Positions 34,333-44,783 of a stretch of 64,000 nucleotides of DNA are shown one piece after another; the stretch's first letter is position 1; the number at the start of each line of letters is the position of its first letter. The notes under the pieces are model-generated. The model ran no database searches. It saw nothing but the letters and a program-made list of their open reading frames with translations, and was not told the DNA's origin. The stretch comes from Prevotella sp. Its GTDB lineage: Bacteria > Bacteroidota > Bacteroidia > Bacteroidales > Bacteroidaceae. The stretch is taken from the NCBI GenBank assembly GCA_018385335.1, contig JAHAZN010000018.1, positions 5,839-69,838 on the forward strand. Reading direction: 5' to 3'. Both the position numbers and the translations under genes were made by a program.

Positions 34333-37199
34333 AGACGTTCTTAGAATATGTGGCAGAAGACTTGATAGAGAAACACGGCACCGACCTATCCCAAGTGGCT
34401 GTCATCTTCCCTAACAAGCGTGCTCAGCTCTTCCTCAACGAGCATCTCGCACAGAAGGCGGGACGACCGATATGGAGTCCGTCGTATATGACCATCAGCG
34501 ACCTCTTCCGACGTCATTCATCGCTCGAGGTGGCCGACAATATCCAACTCGTAGCACGACTGCATAAGTCGTTTACTCAGTGTACGGGTTCGAAAGAGAC
34601 ACTCGACCATTTCTATGGATGGGGCGAACTGCTCCTTGCCGACTTCGATGATATCGATAAGAACATGGCTGACGCAGGAAAGGTGCTGGCCAACGTGAGC
34701 GACCTGCATCAACTCGACGACCTCTCCTATCTCTCCGAAGAACAGTTGACAATGATAAGGCAGTTCTTCAGCTGTTTCACCGATGAACAACCGTCGGAAA
34801 TAAAAAAGAGATTCCTCTTCCTATGGCAACATATCTACGACATCTATCTACATTTCAACCAGTCGCTGAGCAATGACGGTCTGGCTTACGAGGGGAGTCT
34901 CTACAGAAGTGTCGCCAGTAGTGAGCAGGAGGAATGGAGATATCAGACCTATGTCTTCGTGGGATTCAACATGGTGCATCCTGTGGAGCAGGCGCTCTTC
35001 TCACGCCTCAAGGCAGCGGGGAAGGCGATGTTCTACTGGGATTTCGACTATTACTACCTCCCACAGCGCCCACCCTACCCTAAGATAGGTCACGAGGCAG
35101 GTCATTATATCAGTCAACTGCTCTCGCTGTTTCCCAACGAACTCGACAACAGTAATGGAGAGATCTATCAACATCTCAACGACCCCGACAAGGAGTGCTC
35201 ACTGCTCAGTGCGCCTACCAACGATATTGCTGCACGCTATATCAACACCTGGCTTCAACGCCCCGACAGGATGAAAGGCGGAAGGAAGACAGCCATCGTG
35301 CTATGTGATGAGAGTCTCCTGCCTACAGCTATCCACTGCTTCCCGCAGAACACGGAGAAGGTCAACATCACCACGGGTTATCCCATCGCCCTCTCTACGG
35401 TCTATACCTTTGTCAACCAACTCTATGCTCTGCAAGTCAACGGCTTCATCGCCAAGAAAAAGAGTTTCCGCAAGAGCGAGATGAACCGCATGCTCAGACA
35501 TCCCCTTGCCGCCTATCTCTCCGACGACGAACGCCAACAGCTGTTTGTTGATATCACCGATGACAACGGCATGATGCAACCCACGGCCATCACCCAATGG
35601 CTGATGAAGATGTTACACCTCGTAGCCCAGCATATTGCGGAGACCAACGACCCCTTCCTCAGTGAGAGCATCTTCCGCTGTCATTGTCTGATAAACAGGT
35701 TACAGACACTGCTCGACAGCGGAGAGATAAGTATCGATATCATCACACTTCAACGTCTGCTCATACAACTCATGCGCTCCACTACGGTGCCCTTCCATGG
35801 CGAACCTGCTGTAGGACTGCAACTCATGGGAGTGTTGGAGACGCGTAACCTCGACTTCGACCATCTGCTCATCCTATCGTGCAACGAAGGCAACATGCCC
35901 AAGGGCCTCAATGACACATCGTTTATCCCCTACAGCATAAGGAAAGCGCATGGTCTCACTACCATCGACAACAAGGTGGCTATCTATTCTTACTATTTCC
36001 ATCGCATGATACAGAGGGCGAAGGATATCACTGTGGTCTATAACAGTTCTTCTGACAACGGAAAGGCAGGCGAGTTGAGCCGATTCATGCTGCAACTCAT
36101 GGTGGAGAGTAATCTCCCTATCCACCGTGCGGCACTGCAGGGAGGACGACAGGTCACCAACTATGCTCCTGCACCGATAGAGAAGACCCCTCATGTGATG
36201 GAGCAGCTCGAACGATGTTTCCGTCGCATCACCGAAGGTCCCAAGGCCAATAGTCCACGCATCACTCCCACTGCCTTCAACAGGTTCAGACGCTGTGAAC
36301 TACAGTTCTACTATTATTATGTATTAGGACTTCCCGACCAGGCTGCCATCGATGAAGAAGCCATCGACCAGCGCACCTTCGGAAACATCTTCCATGAGGC
36401 ATCGCAAATCATCTATGAACAACTCCTTAAGAAGTCGAACACCATCAATAAGGAAGACCTCGAAAGGTTGTTAAAGAACAAGAAGGAGATTGTGGCGGCT
36501 GTTGACGAGGCTTTCAAGAAAGAGTTTAAGTTCGACGACTCATCCTCTTCTCCTGATTTCAACGGACTACAGATCATCCATCGCGAGGTGATCATCACCT
36601 ATCTGCGTCGCCTCCTGCGCATCGACATGTCGCTTGCTCCCTTCACTATCCTCGGATTGGAGAAAGACGTGGTGATGTCCATCGACATCGATAGTAGTGA
36701 GAAACACTTTCCCACCTCCATCGGCGGACGCATCGACCGTCTCGACCTCGTTGAAGACAAGGAGGGGCGGCGCATACGTGTCATCGACTACAAGACAGGC
36801 ACTCCACACTTATCCTCCTTGCCCACATCGGCAGAAGCCATCTTTAAGAAGTATGACAGCATCAGTTCCTATTATCTGCAGGCCTTCCTCTATAGTCATA
36901 TCGTGAGACACTCGAAGGTGTATAACAGGCAGCAAGATGCTGTGAGCCCTGCCCTGCTCTTCATACAGCATACCACGGATGACAACTATGACCCGACACT
37001 GAAGTTGAAGAAGGAAAAGGTGGTGGATATTGCCAATGTGAGTGATGAGTTCTTCGCATCACTCATCAACCTCTTACATTCCATCTTCGACACATCGGTA
37101 CCATTTCATCCCACCTTGGACAAAGAGACTTGCAAGACTTGTAACTATCGACGCTTTTGTGGCATAGAGCAACTGTCAAATGCCGACACAAAAGAGTAG
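34329..37199 (+). CDS. AddB-like PD-(D/E)XK nuclease family protein
   Basis: 956 aa. The C-terminal nuclease block (GRIDRLD...VIDYKTG) is flanked by Cys residues (RRCELQF ... CKTCNYRRFC), as in the AddB iron-sulfur staple. ATGA overlap with the AddA-like gene. Confidence 0.75.
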   Translation: MKTFLEYVAEDLIEKHGTDLSQVAVIFPNKRAQLFLNEHLAQKAGRPIWSPSYMTISDLFRRHSSLEVADNIQLVARLHKSFTQCTGSKETLDHFYGWGELLLADFDDIDKNMADAGKVLANVSDLHQLDDLSYLSEEQLTMIRQFFSCFTDEQPSEIKKRFLFLWQHIYDIYLHFNQSLSNDGLAYEGSLYRSVASSEQEEWRYQTYVFVGFNMVHPVEQALFSRLKAAGKAMFYWDFDYYYLPQRPPYPKIGHEAGHYISQLLSLFPNELDNSNGEIYQHLNDPDKECSLLSAPTNDIAARYINTWLQRPDRMKGGRKTAIVLCDESLLPTAIHCFPQNTEKVNITTGYPIALSTVYTFVNQLYALQVNGFIAKKKSFRKSEMNRMLRHPLAAYLSDDERQQLFVDITDDNGMMQPTAITQWLMKMLHLVAQHIAETNDPFLSESIFRCHCLINRLQTLLDSGEISIDIITLQRLLIQLMRSTTVPFHGEPAVGLQLMGVLETRNLDFDHLLILSCNEGNMPKGLNDTSFIPYSIRKAHGLTTIDNKVAIYSYYFHRMIQRAKDITVVYNSSSDNGKAGELSRFMLQLMVESNLPIHRAALQGGRQVTNYAPAPIEKTPHVMEQLERCFRRITEGPKANSPRITPTAFNRFRRCELQFYYYYVLGLPDQAAIDEEAIDQRTFGNIFHEASQIIYEQLLKKSNTINKEDLERLLKNKKEIVAAVDEAFKKEFKFDDSSSSPDFNGLQIIHREVIITYLRRLLRIDMSLAPFTILGLEKDVVMSIDIDSSEKHFPTSIGGRIDRLDLVEDKEGRRIRVIDYKTGTPHLSSLPTSAEAIFKKYDSISSYYLQAFLYSHIVRHSKVYNRQQDAVSPALLFIQHTTDDNYDPTLKLKKEKVVDIANVSDEFFASLINLLHSIFDTSVPFHPTLDKETCKTCNYRRFCGIEQLSNADTKE

Positions 37200-37207
37200 G
37201 TTTTCTG

Positions 37208-38356
37208 CTATCGACGCAATCCCTTCACCACTTCATTCATCTGATTCTTCCAGGAGAGATGAGTGACAGTGGCGCGGATGCGCTCGGGAGAAAGTTGGAA
37301 ATGGTCGAGGAATGTGAGTATGGCTTGGATATCGACAGGACGCTCATCGGGCGAAGCCTTGAGGATATATGGCTGGTGGTCGAAATCAGCATCCTGTTCT
37401 GAATAGATAAAAGGTAGTCCACGGGTGGCATACTCCCTGTTCTTCAGTGTTTTTATCTGGGTGATACCACTGCGATGACGTGCCAGACTACCAATGGCGA
37501 AGGAACAAGTGTTAAACACCTCTGTGAGTGAATCGCCGAAAAGCTGACCATGGAAAATCACCTTATCCTCTAAGTGATAACGGGCTATAAGGGGGGCGAA
37601 TCCCTGAGTATGGCGAGACGGCATCATCTCACTCTCTCCCACTCCACCAACGATATGGAAATACACTGGTCGGCAGGTATCTCCCCCATGGAGATAGTAT
37701 TCTCCCAACCCTGCTATCAAACGGTCGTAGCCATGCCAGTAGTGCACCTCTGCCACACCTATGAGATGGACAGGAGAACAGGGAGTGAGCACTGGAGGCT
37801 GATGGAGAGGGATGGCACTGAAATCGACACCATTGCTGATGCGGATGGTGCGCTGTCCGAAGATAACTTGTTCCTCGGAAAAGGTGACAATGGCTTCAAG
37901 CTCCCTGGCCAGACGGCCACGGAAGAGTTGATCGACCATGAGTCCAAGGCGTTGGGTGAGAGGGAACCCCTCAAACTCGGCATCATAGGGATAGGTCGGC
38001 ACCTCCATCACACTACGGATGCCAGTCTTACGCAACTTACTGAAGAGCGAGATCAGCGAAGGACTGGCATTCATAAAACTACGGGCATAGACCATCTCTA
38101 CCTGATGGTCACGACACCAGCGATAGACACTCCCATAGGAGAGTCGTTGCCGCAGGGCGGCCAACTTACCCACCCCATAGTCGGCTATCACTTCCTCGTC
38201 AACCATGCGCTGACGGTGACCATTGGCAGCGATGCGATAATGACACACACTCACATGATGGCCACTCTCTCTAAGCCCTTCCACCTGACTGTGTATCTTC
38301 TTACTGATGCCACTGTGAGGTGAGAAACCATGGAAGACGAGGAAGAGGATATTCAT
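37208..38356 (-). CDS. glycosyltransferase family 4 (GT-B)
   Basis: MNILFLVFHGFSPHSGISKKI... is a GT-B type N-terminus. The track start at 38383 is a TTG, so I trimmed it to the ATG at 38354-38356. Confidence 0.7.
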   Translation of the reverse strand: MNILFLVFHGFSPHSGISKKIHSQVEGLRESGHHVSVCHYRIAANGHRQRMVDEEVIADYGVGKLAALRQRLSYGSVYRWCRDHQVEMVYARSFMNASPSLISLFSKLRKTGIRSVMEVPTYPYDAEFEGFPLTQRLGLMVDQLFRGRLARELEAIVTFSEEQVIFGQRTIRISNGVDFSAIPLHQPPVLTPCSPVHLIGVAEVHYWHGYDRLIAGLGEYYLHGGDTCRPVYFHIVGGVGESEMMPSRHTQGFAPLIARYHLEDKVIFHGQLFGDSLTEVFNTCSFAIGSLARHRSGITQIKTLKNREYATRGLPFIYSEQDADFDHQPYILKASPDERPVDIQAILTFLDHFQLSPERIRATVTHLSWKNQMNEVVKGLRR

Positions 38357-38401
38357 CAAAACGGGATATTCGTTATTAAGCAACGACAGTCAACCACTGG
38401 A

Positions 38402-40048
38402 TTATTTGGTTGGGACAGCCAACTTGTCTCCTGTCTGACGGATGAGTTCACGGGCATAACGCTCGGGATAGCCCGGACGCTGCACTCTTGCACCCAGTCC
38501 GTGGGGGGTTCGGAGGAGACGACCATCCTGTTCAGGCTTAACAATCATATCATTGTATTTCACGATAAGATAGAAAGCCAACTGCTGCCAGCGTTGGAGC
38601 ATCTGCTCGGCCTTCTCAGCACCATAGGCTGTGAGATAGTTCACTGCCTGCTCGGGCGAAGAGGCATACAACTCCTGGGCACGACGATCCACCTCGCCCT
38701 GACGGCTGAGCCATGAAGCATCGAGAGAGTCACGCACTTGTTTCAAACTGCCAAACATCTGACTATAACGTGGATAAACCATGTTACTCACCCAGTTGCA
38801 CACCCAATAGGCATTGTCCATACTGAAGCGAAGCGCATCGACACCCGGCGTATTGAAACAGCGGGGAGCCTTGGTGGTGCAGCAATAGATAGGGTTGAAA
38901 GCCACCATGTTGGCATCATCATTGCCAAACCACAGCACGCCACCAATCTCCCTTGGCAACCACGAACGCATCTCAGCCACGAAGACGAAGCCCGACTGCT
39001 GGGTACTGATAGGACGCTCATTGAAATACTCCTTACCATCGACCTTGAAACTCAGTGGTGTAGGACGATAAGGCATCTGCCAGATACCCCCGCCTATGTC
39101 GCTGCCGAGCGCAAAGGGTGTTCCCTCATAATGGTCGCGCATGGCCGCCTCAACATCAGCCACACCAAGTTGCTTGTTGGGCACGATCCACAGCGGCATA
39201 GGCTCGGCATTCTCTACCTTACCTTCAGCATAAGGCACATAACGGCTCATATCCGAAGAGAAACGGTTGAAGAACGACCACACACGAGCTTCGCAATAAC
39301 GGCGGCCACCGAAATCGGGAGCGGCATAGGCATCACAGAAACTGAAGTCGGCATCCTTGCCATCAAACCATCCCTGTTCACGGGCATAGCTGACGACATT
39401 CTTCGAACACATCACATTCTGCTTGTCTTTCTTGTTGAAGGTACGTATGCGACTCTGATTAGCATGGGCACAGATAGCATCGTCGGGGACGCGGAGAGCC
39501 ACCCACACCACCTTCTTACTGCCAGGACCACAGCCCATCATCTCCATGATCCACGCTTCATTAGGGTCGCAGATAGTGAAGGTCTCTCCCTCACTGCAAT
39601 AGCCATAGGTCTCCACTAAGGTGGTCATCACCTCAATGGCCTGACGGGCAGTCTTGGAACGCTGAAGAGCGAGATAGATGAGTGAACCATAGTCGATGAG
39701 ACCAGTGGTATCAACCATCTCTTCTCTACCGCCAAAGGTGGTCTCTGCTATAGTCACCTGATATTCGTTGATGTTACCAATGACATTATAGGTCTCTGGT
39801 GCTTCGGGTATCTCACCCTGATATTTGTTGCTGTCCCAGTTGCGTATGGTACGCATTGTTCCCTTGGCATGCTTGGCGGCTGGATAATGACAGAGATTCT
39901 GGAACATTCCATAGTCATCGGCACTGTAAGAACACATCACAGCACCATTAACACTGGCCTTCTTGCCTACGATAAGGTTGGTGCAAGCCAACAGGGGGGT
40001 CCCCACAGCACAAAGGAGAGCTGTGAAGACAATTCTATTTATTCTCAT
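38402..40048 (-). CDS. C69-family dipeptidase
   Basis: 548 aa. A signal peptide ends at ...LLACTNLIVGKKAS, which matches the family's N-terminal nucleophile Cys. The rest of the sequence also looks C69-like. Confidence 0.8.
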   Translation of the reverse strand: MRINRIVFTALLCAVGTPLLACTNLIVGKKASVNGAVMCSYSADDYGMFQNLCHYPAAKHAKGTMRTIRNWDSNKYQGEIPEAPETYNVIGNINEYQVTIAETTFGGREEMVDTTGLIDYGSLIYLALQRSKTARQAIEVMTTLVETYGYCSEGETFTICDPNEAWIMEMMGCGPGSKKVVWVALRVPDDAICAHANQSRIRTFNKKDKQNVMCSKNVVSYAREQGWFDGKDADFSFCDAYAAPDFGGRRYCEARVWSFFNRFSSDMSRYVPYAEGKVENAEPMPLWIVPNKQLGVADVEAAMRDHYEGTPFALGSDIGGGIWQMPYRPTPLSFKVDGKEYFNERPISTQQSGFVFVAEMRSWLPREIGGVLWFGNDDANMVAFNPIYCCTTKAPRCFNTPGVDALRFSMDNAYWVCNWVSNMVYPRYSQMFGSLKQVRDSLDASWLSRQGEVDRRAQELYASSPEQAVNYLTAYGAEKAEQMLQRWQQLAFYLIVKYNDMIVKPEQDGRLLRTPHGLGARVQRPGYPERYARELIRQTGDKLAVPTK

Positions 40049-40049
40049 A

Positions 40050-40898
40050 TCAACATGCTTTAAAACTCATATCTAATCCTTTTACTGAATGAGTGAGTGC
40101 ACCTACGGAGATGAAATCTACTCCACATTCAGCATAGTCGCGGATAGTATCAAAGGTGATACCTCCACTCGACTCTGTCTCATAGCGATGATCCACAAGT
40201 GCCACAGCACGGCGCGTATCTTCTACGCTGAAGTTGTCGAGCATAATGCGATTCACGCCTCCATGACTCAACACTCGTTCCAGTTCATCGAAATTTCTCA
40301 CTTCTATCTCTATCTTCAGGTCGAGGTTCTTCTCCTTGAGATAAGCATGACAACGCTCGATAGCGGGTTCTATTCCGCCGGCAAAGTCAACATGGTTGTC
40401 CTTGAGGAGAATCATATCGAAGAGTCCTATGCGGTGGTTGCATCCGCCACCAATCTTCACGGCTTCCTTCTCTAACATACGCATGCCCGGTGTGGTCTTT
40501 CGGGTATCGAGCACACGGGTACCGGTGCCTTCAAGACGCTCCACATAACGGTGTGTCATGGTGGCAATGCCGCTCATGCGCTGCATGATGTTGAGCATCA
40601 GACGTTCGGTCTGGAGCAGACTCCTCACCTTGCCTGTCACAATCATTGCTACATCACCTACATTCACCTTACTGCCATCACCGATGAACACCTCCACCTG
40701 CATGGTGGGGTCGAAACGGCGAAACACTTCCTTAGCCACTTCGACACCGGCAAGTATTCCGGGTTCTTTGATGAGGAGTTTCGACTGTCCCATGGCATCT
40801 TCGGGAATACAGCACAGTGTGGTATGGTCGCCATCACCGATATCCTCAGCGAACGAGAGGTCGATGAGGCGGTCGTTCAGTTCTTCTACGCTCAGCAT
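40050..40898 (-). CDS. nadC: nicotinate-nucleotide diphosphorylase (carboxylating)
   Basis: 282 aa. VLDTRKTTPGMRMLEKEAV, LLKDNH and the TIM-barrel layout are typical of quinolinate phosphoribosyltransferase. Confidence 0.9.
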   Translation of the reverse strand: MLSVEELNDRLIDLSFAEDIGDGDHTTLCCIPEDAMGQSKLLIKEPGILAGVEVAKEVFRRFDPTMQVEVFIGDGSKVNVGDVAMIVTGKVRSLLQTERLMLNIMQRMSGIATMTHRYVERLEGTGTRVLDTRKTTPGMRMLEKEAVKIGGGCNHRIGLFDMILLKDNHVDFAGGIEPAIERCHAYLKEKNLDLKIEIEVRNFDELERVLSHGGVNRIMLDNFSVEDTRRAVALVDHRYETESSGGITFDTIRDYAECGVDFISVGALTHSVKGLDMSFKAC

Positions 40899-40961
40899 AT
40901 TTCTTCTATTCGTTAAATGCTATAAATCTTTTATTGTTCTCACTTTCTATGCAGGCTATCT

Positions 40962-41444
40962 TCAGAGATAGACGCCCACTCCTACACGGAACCCTATCTT
41001 GCTGTAGTCGCTGTGGTTCTTAAACGACTGCTCGTAATAAACCTCGGGTTCTACGGTCACTGTTTTGCTGAGGAAGAAGGCATAACCCACCTGCACGCTG
41101 GGCATCAGGTCGTTGAAGTCTTTCGTGGCATGTCTATAATCGACAGAAGCACCGAGGAAGAGTCCGTTCTGTATGATATAATAACGTGCGCCTACACCGA
41201 AAGAGTAGGCTGCTGGCACATCGTTCTGCTTGTCATAAGCGATGCTTGCCGTGGCCATCAGGTCGTCGGCAAAGAGATAACCAACCTTGGCTGACAGACC
41301 CAGGTTACCTTTCTCAGAACCATTGTAACTGAGATCGAAGCCTGAGAGCGAGGCGCCGATATATTTTTTTCCACATTCAAACTGTGCAAAACTACTCATT
41401 GTGAGCATTCCTGCTAAGAGGGAGAGGATGATTCTTTTCTTCAT
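40962..41444 (-). CDS. small outer-membrane beta-barrel protein
   Basis: 160 aa with a signal peptide. It shows an alternating aromatic/hydrophilic beta-strand pattern, and the C-terminus is ...GFRVGVGVYL. Confidence 0.6.
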   Translation of the reverse strand: MKKRIILSLLAGMLTMSSFAQFECGKKYIGASLSGFDLSYNGSEKGNLGLSAKVGYLFADDLMATASIAYDKQNDVPAAYSFGVGARYYIIQNGLFLGASVDYRHATKDFNDLMPSVQVGYAFFLSKTVTVEPEVYYEQSFKNHSDYSKIGFRVGVGVYL

Positions 41445-41485
41445 AACTGTTTTATTATTTGATGATTAACTAAAAATTCTAATTC

Positions 41486-42931
41486 TTACTCTTTGGTCAC
41501 CTTACGTCTGGCCACGAAGAAGAGTAGCGTCAAGCCGAGGGTAAGGAAGGCACCGAGGAGGCAACCCAACGTATAGTCGAGATGCAGACTCTGCTTAGAC
41601 ACAAATATAAAGGTGGTGCAGACCATCGTCATGAACATCGCTGGAATGAGCGTAACGATATAGTAGAAGCCCCTTTTCCTCGAGAGCCACATGGTGAGCA
41701 TCCAGAGGGTGAAGACGGAGAGCGTCTGGTTGGCCCAACCGAAATACTGCCATATCACATTGAATCCGTTGGGATTATCTATCTGCCAGAAGAGCATCAG
41801 GATGGCCATGGCAAAGAGCGGCGCACTGACCATAAGACGCTGACGTATCGCTGTCTGCGAGAGATGGAGGAAGTCGGCCACGATAAGGCGGGCTGAACGG
41901 AAAGCGGTATCACCGCTGGTGATGGGCGCTGCCACTACACCGATGAGGGCAAGGATGCCACCAACTACGCCAAGCCAACTGCTGCACACCTGAAAGACTA
42001 CTGATGGTGCAGAGGTCTGATAGCCTGTTTCCACGCCCAACAGTTCGTAACCCGGCGTAGGCGAGCCATAGAAGAACCAGCTAGAGACAGTGGCCCAGAT
42101 AAGTGCTACAAAGCCCTCGGTAATCATCGACCCATAGAACACGGGGCGACCCAAGTGCTCGCTCTTCATACAACGAGCCATCAGGGGCGACTGCGTGGCA
42201 TGGAACCCACTGATAGCACCACAGGCAATGGTGATGAATAGAGCGGGAAAGAGCTCACTGTTATCGTGCGAAAGAGCCATATTACCCAGACCATCCCACA
42301 ACTCGGGAACAACGGGCATCTTGATGAGTAGCATCACCAGCATCCCCACTGCCATAAACAGGATAGAGAAGGCAAAGAAGGGATAAATCTTACCTATCAA
42401 CTTGTCAATAGGAAGCATGGTGGCGATGACATAATAGACAAAGATAATCACTATCCACATCGATGATGTTCCTCCAAGACGCTGGAGAATCTCCGCCGGA
42501 CTATAAACAAATACCGACCCCACCATGATGAGCAGGAAAATGGAGAAGACGAGCATCAGCTGTCGTGAGAACTTGCCGAGATATTTGCCTATGAGCTCGG
42601 GCAAACCCACACCGCCATTACGCAACGACAGCATCCCGCTGAGATAATCGTGAGTAGCACCGGCAAAGATGCAGCCAAACACTATCCACAGATAAGCGGC
42701 AGGACCAAACTTTGCTCCCATGATAGCTCCAAAAATAGGACCAGTACCAGCAATATTCAGAAACTGAATCATAAAGACTTTCCAACTGGGCAAAACCACA
42801 TAATCTCCTCCATCAGCCTTGGAAATGGCAGGCGTAACTCGGTCGTCGGGACCAAACACCCTTTCAACAAAACGACCGTAAACAAAATATCCCAATATGA
42901 GAGCAACAATGCTCAATAACAAAGATATCAT
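41486..42931 (-). CDS. cstA: carbon starvation protein A (peptide/pyruvate transporter family)
   Basis: About 481 aa from MISLLLSIVALILGYFVYGRFVERVFG.... It is polytopic, with the CstA-type N-terminal motif. I trimmed the track start (43027) to the ATG at 42929-42931. Confidence 0.85.
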   Translation of the reverse strand: MISLLLSIVALILGYFVYGRFVERVFGPDDRVTPAISKADGGDYVVLPSWKVFMIQFLNIAGTGPIFGAIMGAKFGPAAYLWIVFGCIFAGATHDYLSGMLSLRNGGVGLPELIGKYLGKFSRQLMLVFSIFLLIMVGSVFVYSPAEILQRLGGTSSMWIVIIFVYYVIATMLPIDKLIGKIYPFFAFSILFMAVGMLVMLLIKMPVVPELWDGLGNMALSHDNSELFPALFITIACGAISGFHATQSPLMARCMKSEHLGRPVFYGSMITEGFVALIWATVSSWFFYGSPTPGYELLGVETGYQTSAPSVVFQVCSSWLGVVGGILALIGVVAAPITSGDTAFRSARLIVADFLHLSQTAIRQRLMVSAPLFAMAILMLFWQIDNPNGFNVIWQYFGWANQTLSVFTLWMLTMWLSRKRGFYYIVTLIPAMFMTMVCTTFIFVSKQSLHLDYTLGCLLGAFLTLGLTLLFFVARRKVTKE

Positions 42932-42953
42932 TCTTTTTCTGTTTTTTGCTGTG

Positions 42954-42961
42954 CAAAAGTA
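42954..42961 (-). promoter_or_regulatory. -7 promoter box (TAnnTTTG) for cstA
   Basis: The reverse complement reads TACTTTTG, about 23 nt upstream of the ATG at 42931. Confidence 0.5.
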
Positions 42962-42993
42962 ACTATTTTTATTTGAAAATGAAAAAATAATCA

Positions 42994-43001
42994 TAACTTT
43001 G
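42994..43001 (+). promoter_or_regulatory. -7 promoter box (TAnnTTTG) for the GHL10 gene array
   Basis: TAACTTTG lies 18 nt upstream of the ATG at 43020. Confidence 0.55.
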
Positions 43002-43019
43002 CAAGAAAATAAGTAAAAT

Positions 43020-44759
43020 ATGGACAACAGAAAACTACTTTTCTGTTATGCGCTTTTCCTTGTCATCGTCATCAGCCTTCCTGCCAAAGCGGCCGAATGG
43101 GGACAATCGCCCAAACATGAGACGCGAGCGGTGTGGCTGACGACCATCGGCGGACTCGACTGGCCCAGGGGCTATGCAAGGACAGCGGAACAGGCAGCAA
43201 GACAGCAACAGCAACTCGATAATATCCTCGACAGACTGAAAGTGGCGGGCATCAACACAGTGCTGCTGCAGACGCGTATCAGAGCCACCACCATCTATCC
43301 TTCAAACTATGAACCATGGGACGGATGTCTCTCGGGCATACCAGGAAGAAGTCCGGGCTATGACGCCTTGGAATATGCCATCGAGGCTTGTCATAAGCGG
43401 GGCATGGAACTCCACGCATGGGTGGTTGCCATCCCCATAGGGAAATGGAACAAGACGGGATGCCAACAGCTGAGAAAGCGACACCCATCGATGTTGAAAA
43501 AGATTGGCGACGAGGGATTTATGAATCCTGCCTATAGTAAAACAGCAGACTATATCACGTCGCTCTGCCAGGAGATCACTGGGCGCTATGATATCGACGG
43601 TATCCACCTCGACTATATCCGTTATCCTGAGACATGGCCCAAGGCCACATCACGGTCTGAGGCGGAGCAGCGCAGACAACACATCTCACGCATCGTAGAG
43701 AAAGTGTGTCGGGGTGTGAAGGTGCTCAAGCCATGGGTAAAGATGAGTTGTGCGCCGATAGGCAAACACGACGACCTCTCACGCTTCTCAAGTTATGGAT
43801 GGAATGCCTACAGTCGCACATACCAGGAAGCACAGCGGTGGGCGAAAGAAGGATGGATGGACCAGCTCTATCCCATGATGTATTTCAAAGGCAATCAGTT
43901 CTATCCTTTCCTGCTCGACTGGATAGAGCACCGACAGAACTGTGATATCGTGAGTGGACTGGGAGGATACATGCTCGACTATAGGGAGAAAGATTGGCCG
44001 CTGGAGACGATGATAAGACAACTCAATGCCATCAGACAATATGGTGCGGGCTATGCCATCTTCCGTACGCAGCATCTGCTCAACAACACCAAGGGACTTT
44101 ACGACTTCATCAAGAAAGACTGGAACAAGACGCCTGCCCTGCCTATGGTGATGCAGGGCTATGGCTACAAGCTACCCAACCCCGTCCAACAGCTCTCGGT
44201 GGTGAAGACAGATTCGATAGACGGACTATCATGGGAGATACCAGACAATCAGCACCATGCCACTGCCTGCTATTATAATCTTTATGCGTCGCATCACTAC
44301 CCCGTAGATACCAGACAGGCAGAAAACCTCATGATCACTCGAAGCAGTCAGCCTTTCTTCACTGTGAGACACCACAGAGATGCCGACCCCTGGTACTATG
44401 CCGTGACGGTCATCGATAGGTTGGGCATGGAGAGCAGTGCCTGTCAGGAAGATCCGCCTACCTGCCTCGATATCGCAGATAAGGAGCAGGAGAAGACGAC
44501 AGACAACAGCTGGCTTAGTAAACACCAGCCTGCCTATACGGGTATAGCTGTGGTCACCTCAATGGAGGGCACACTCGTCACCACACTTCGGTGCAGACAG
44601 GGAAAGGCGGATGTGACATCACTGCCCGACGGGACCTATATCCTACGCACACTGGAGAAAAAAGGTGTCAGTCACCGACTGGCACGTTTCACCATCTATA
44701 AAAGAAAGGTGAGGATAATAGAAAAGAATGACGAACATATCAACGTGTTTATCAGCTAA
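43020..44759 (+). CDS. glycoside hydrolase family 10-like (GHL10/DUF187) protein
   Basis: 579 aa with a signal peptide. HETRAVWLTTIGGLDWP, NTVLLQTR, ELHAWV and GIHLDYIRYPE are typical of the YngK/DUF187 family. Confidence 0.7.
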   Translation: MDNRKLLFCYALFLVIVISLPAKAAEWGQSPKHETRAVWLTTIGGLDWPRGYARTAEQAARQQQQLDNILDRLKVAGINTVLLQTRIRATTIYPSNYEPWDGCLSGIPGRSPGYDALEYAIEACHKRGMELHAWVVAIPIGKWNKTGCQQLRKRHPSMLKKIGDEGFMNPAYSKTADYITSLCQEITGRYDIDGIHLDYIRYPETWPKATSRSEAEQRRQHISRIVEKVCRGVKVLKPWVKMSCAPIGKHDDLSRFSSYGWNAYSRTYQEAQRWAKEGWMDQLYPMMYFKGNQFYPFLLDWIEHRQNCDIVSGLGGYMLDYREKDWPLETMIRQLNAIRQYGAGYAIFRTQHLLNNTKGLYDFIKKDWNKTPALPMVMQGYGYKLPNPVQQLSVVKTDSIDGLSWEIPDNQHHATACYYNLYASHHYPVDTRQAENLMITRSSQPFFTVRHHRDADPWYYAVTVIDRLGMESSACQEDPPTCLDIADKEQEKTTDNSWLSKHQPAYTGIAVVTSMEGTLVTTLRCRQGKADVTSLPDGTYILRTLEKKGVSHRLARFTIYKRKVRIIEKNDEHINVFIS

Positions 44760-44783
44760 CATAACGACAAAGGAAACGACACT

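Noticed and set aside
37574-39619. Two long plus-strand ORFs (249 aa and 293 aa).
   Set aside because: They are antisense to the GT4 and C69 dipeptidase genes, which have clear family motifs. They have no motifs of their own.
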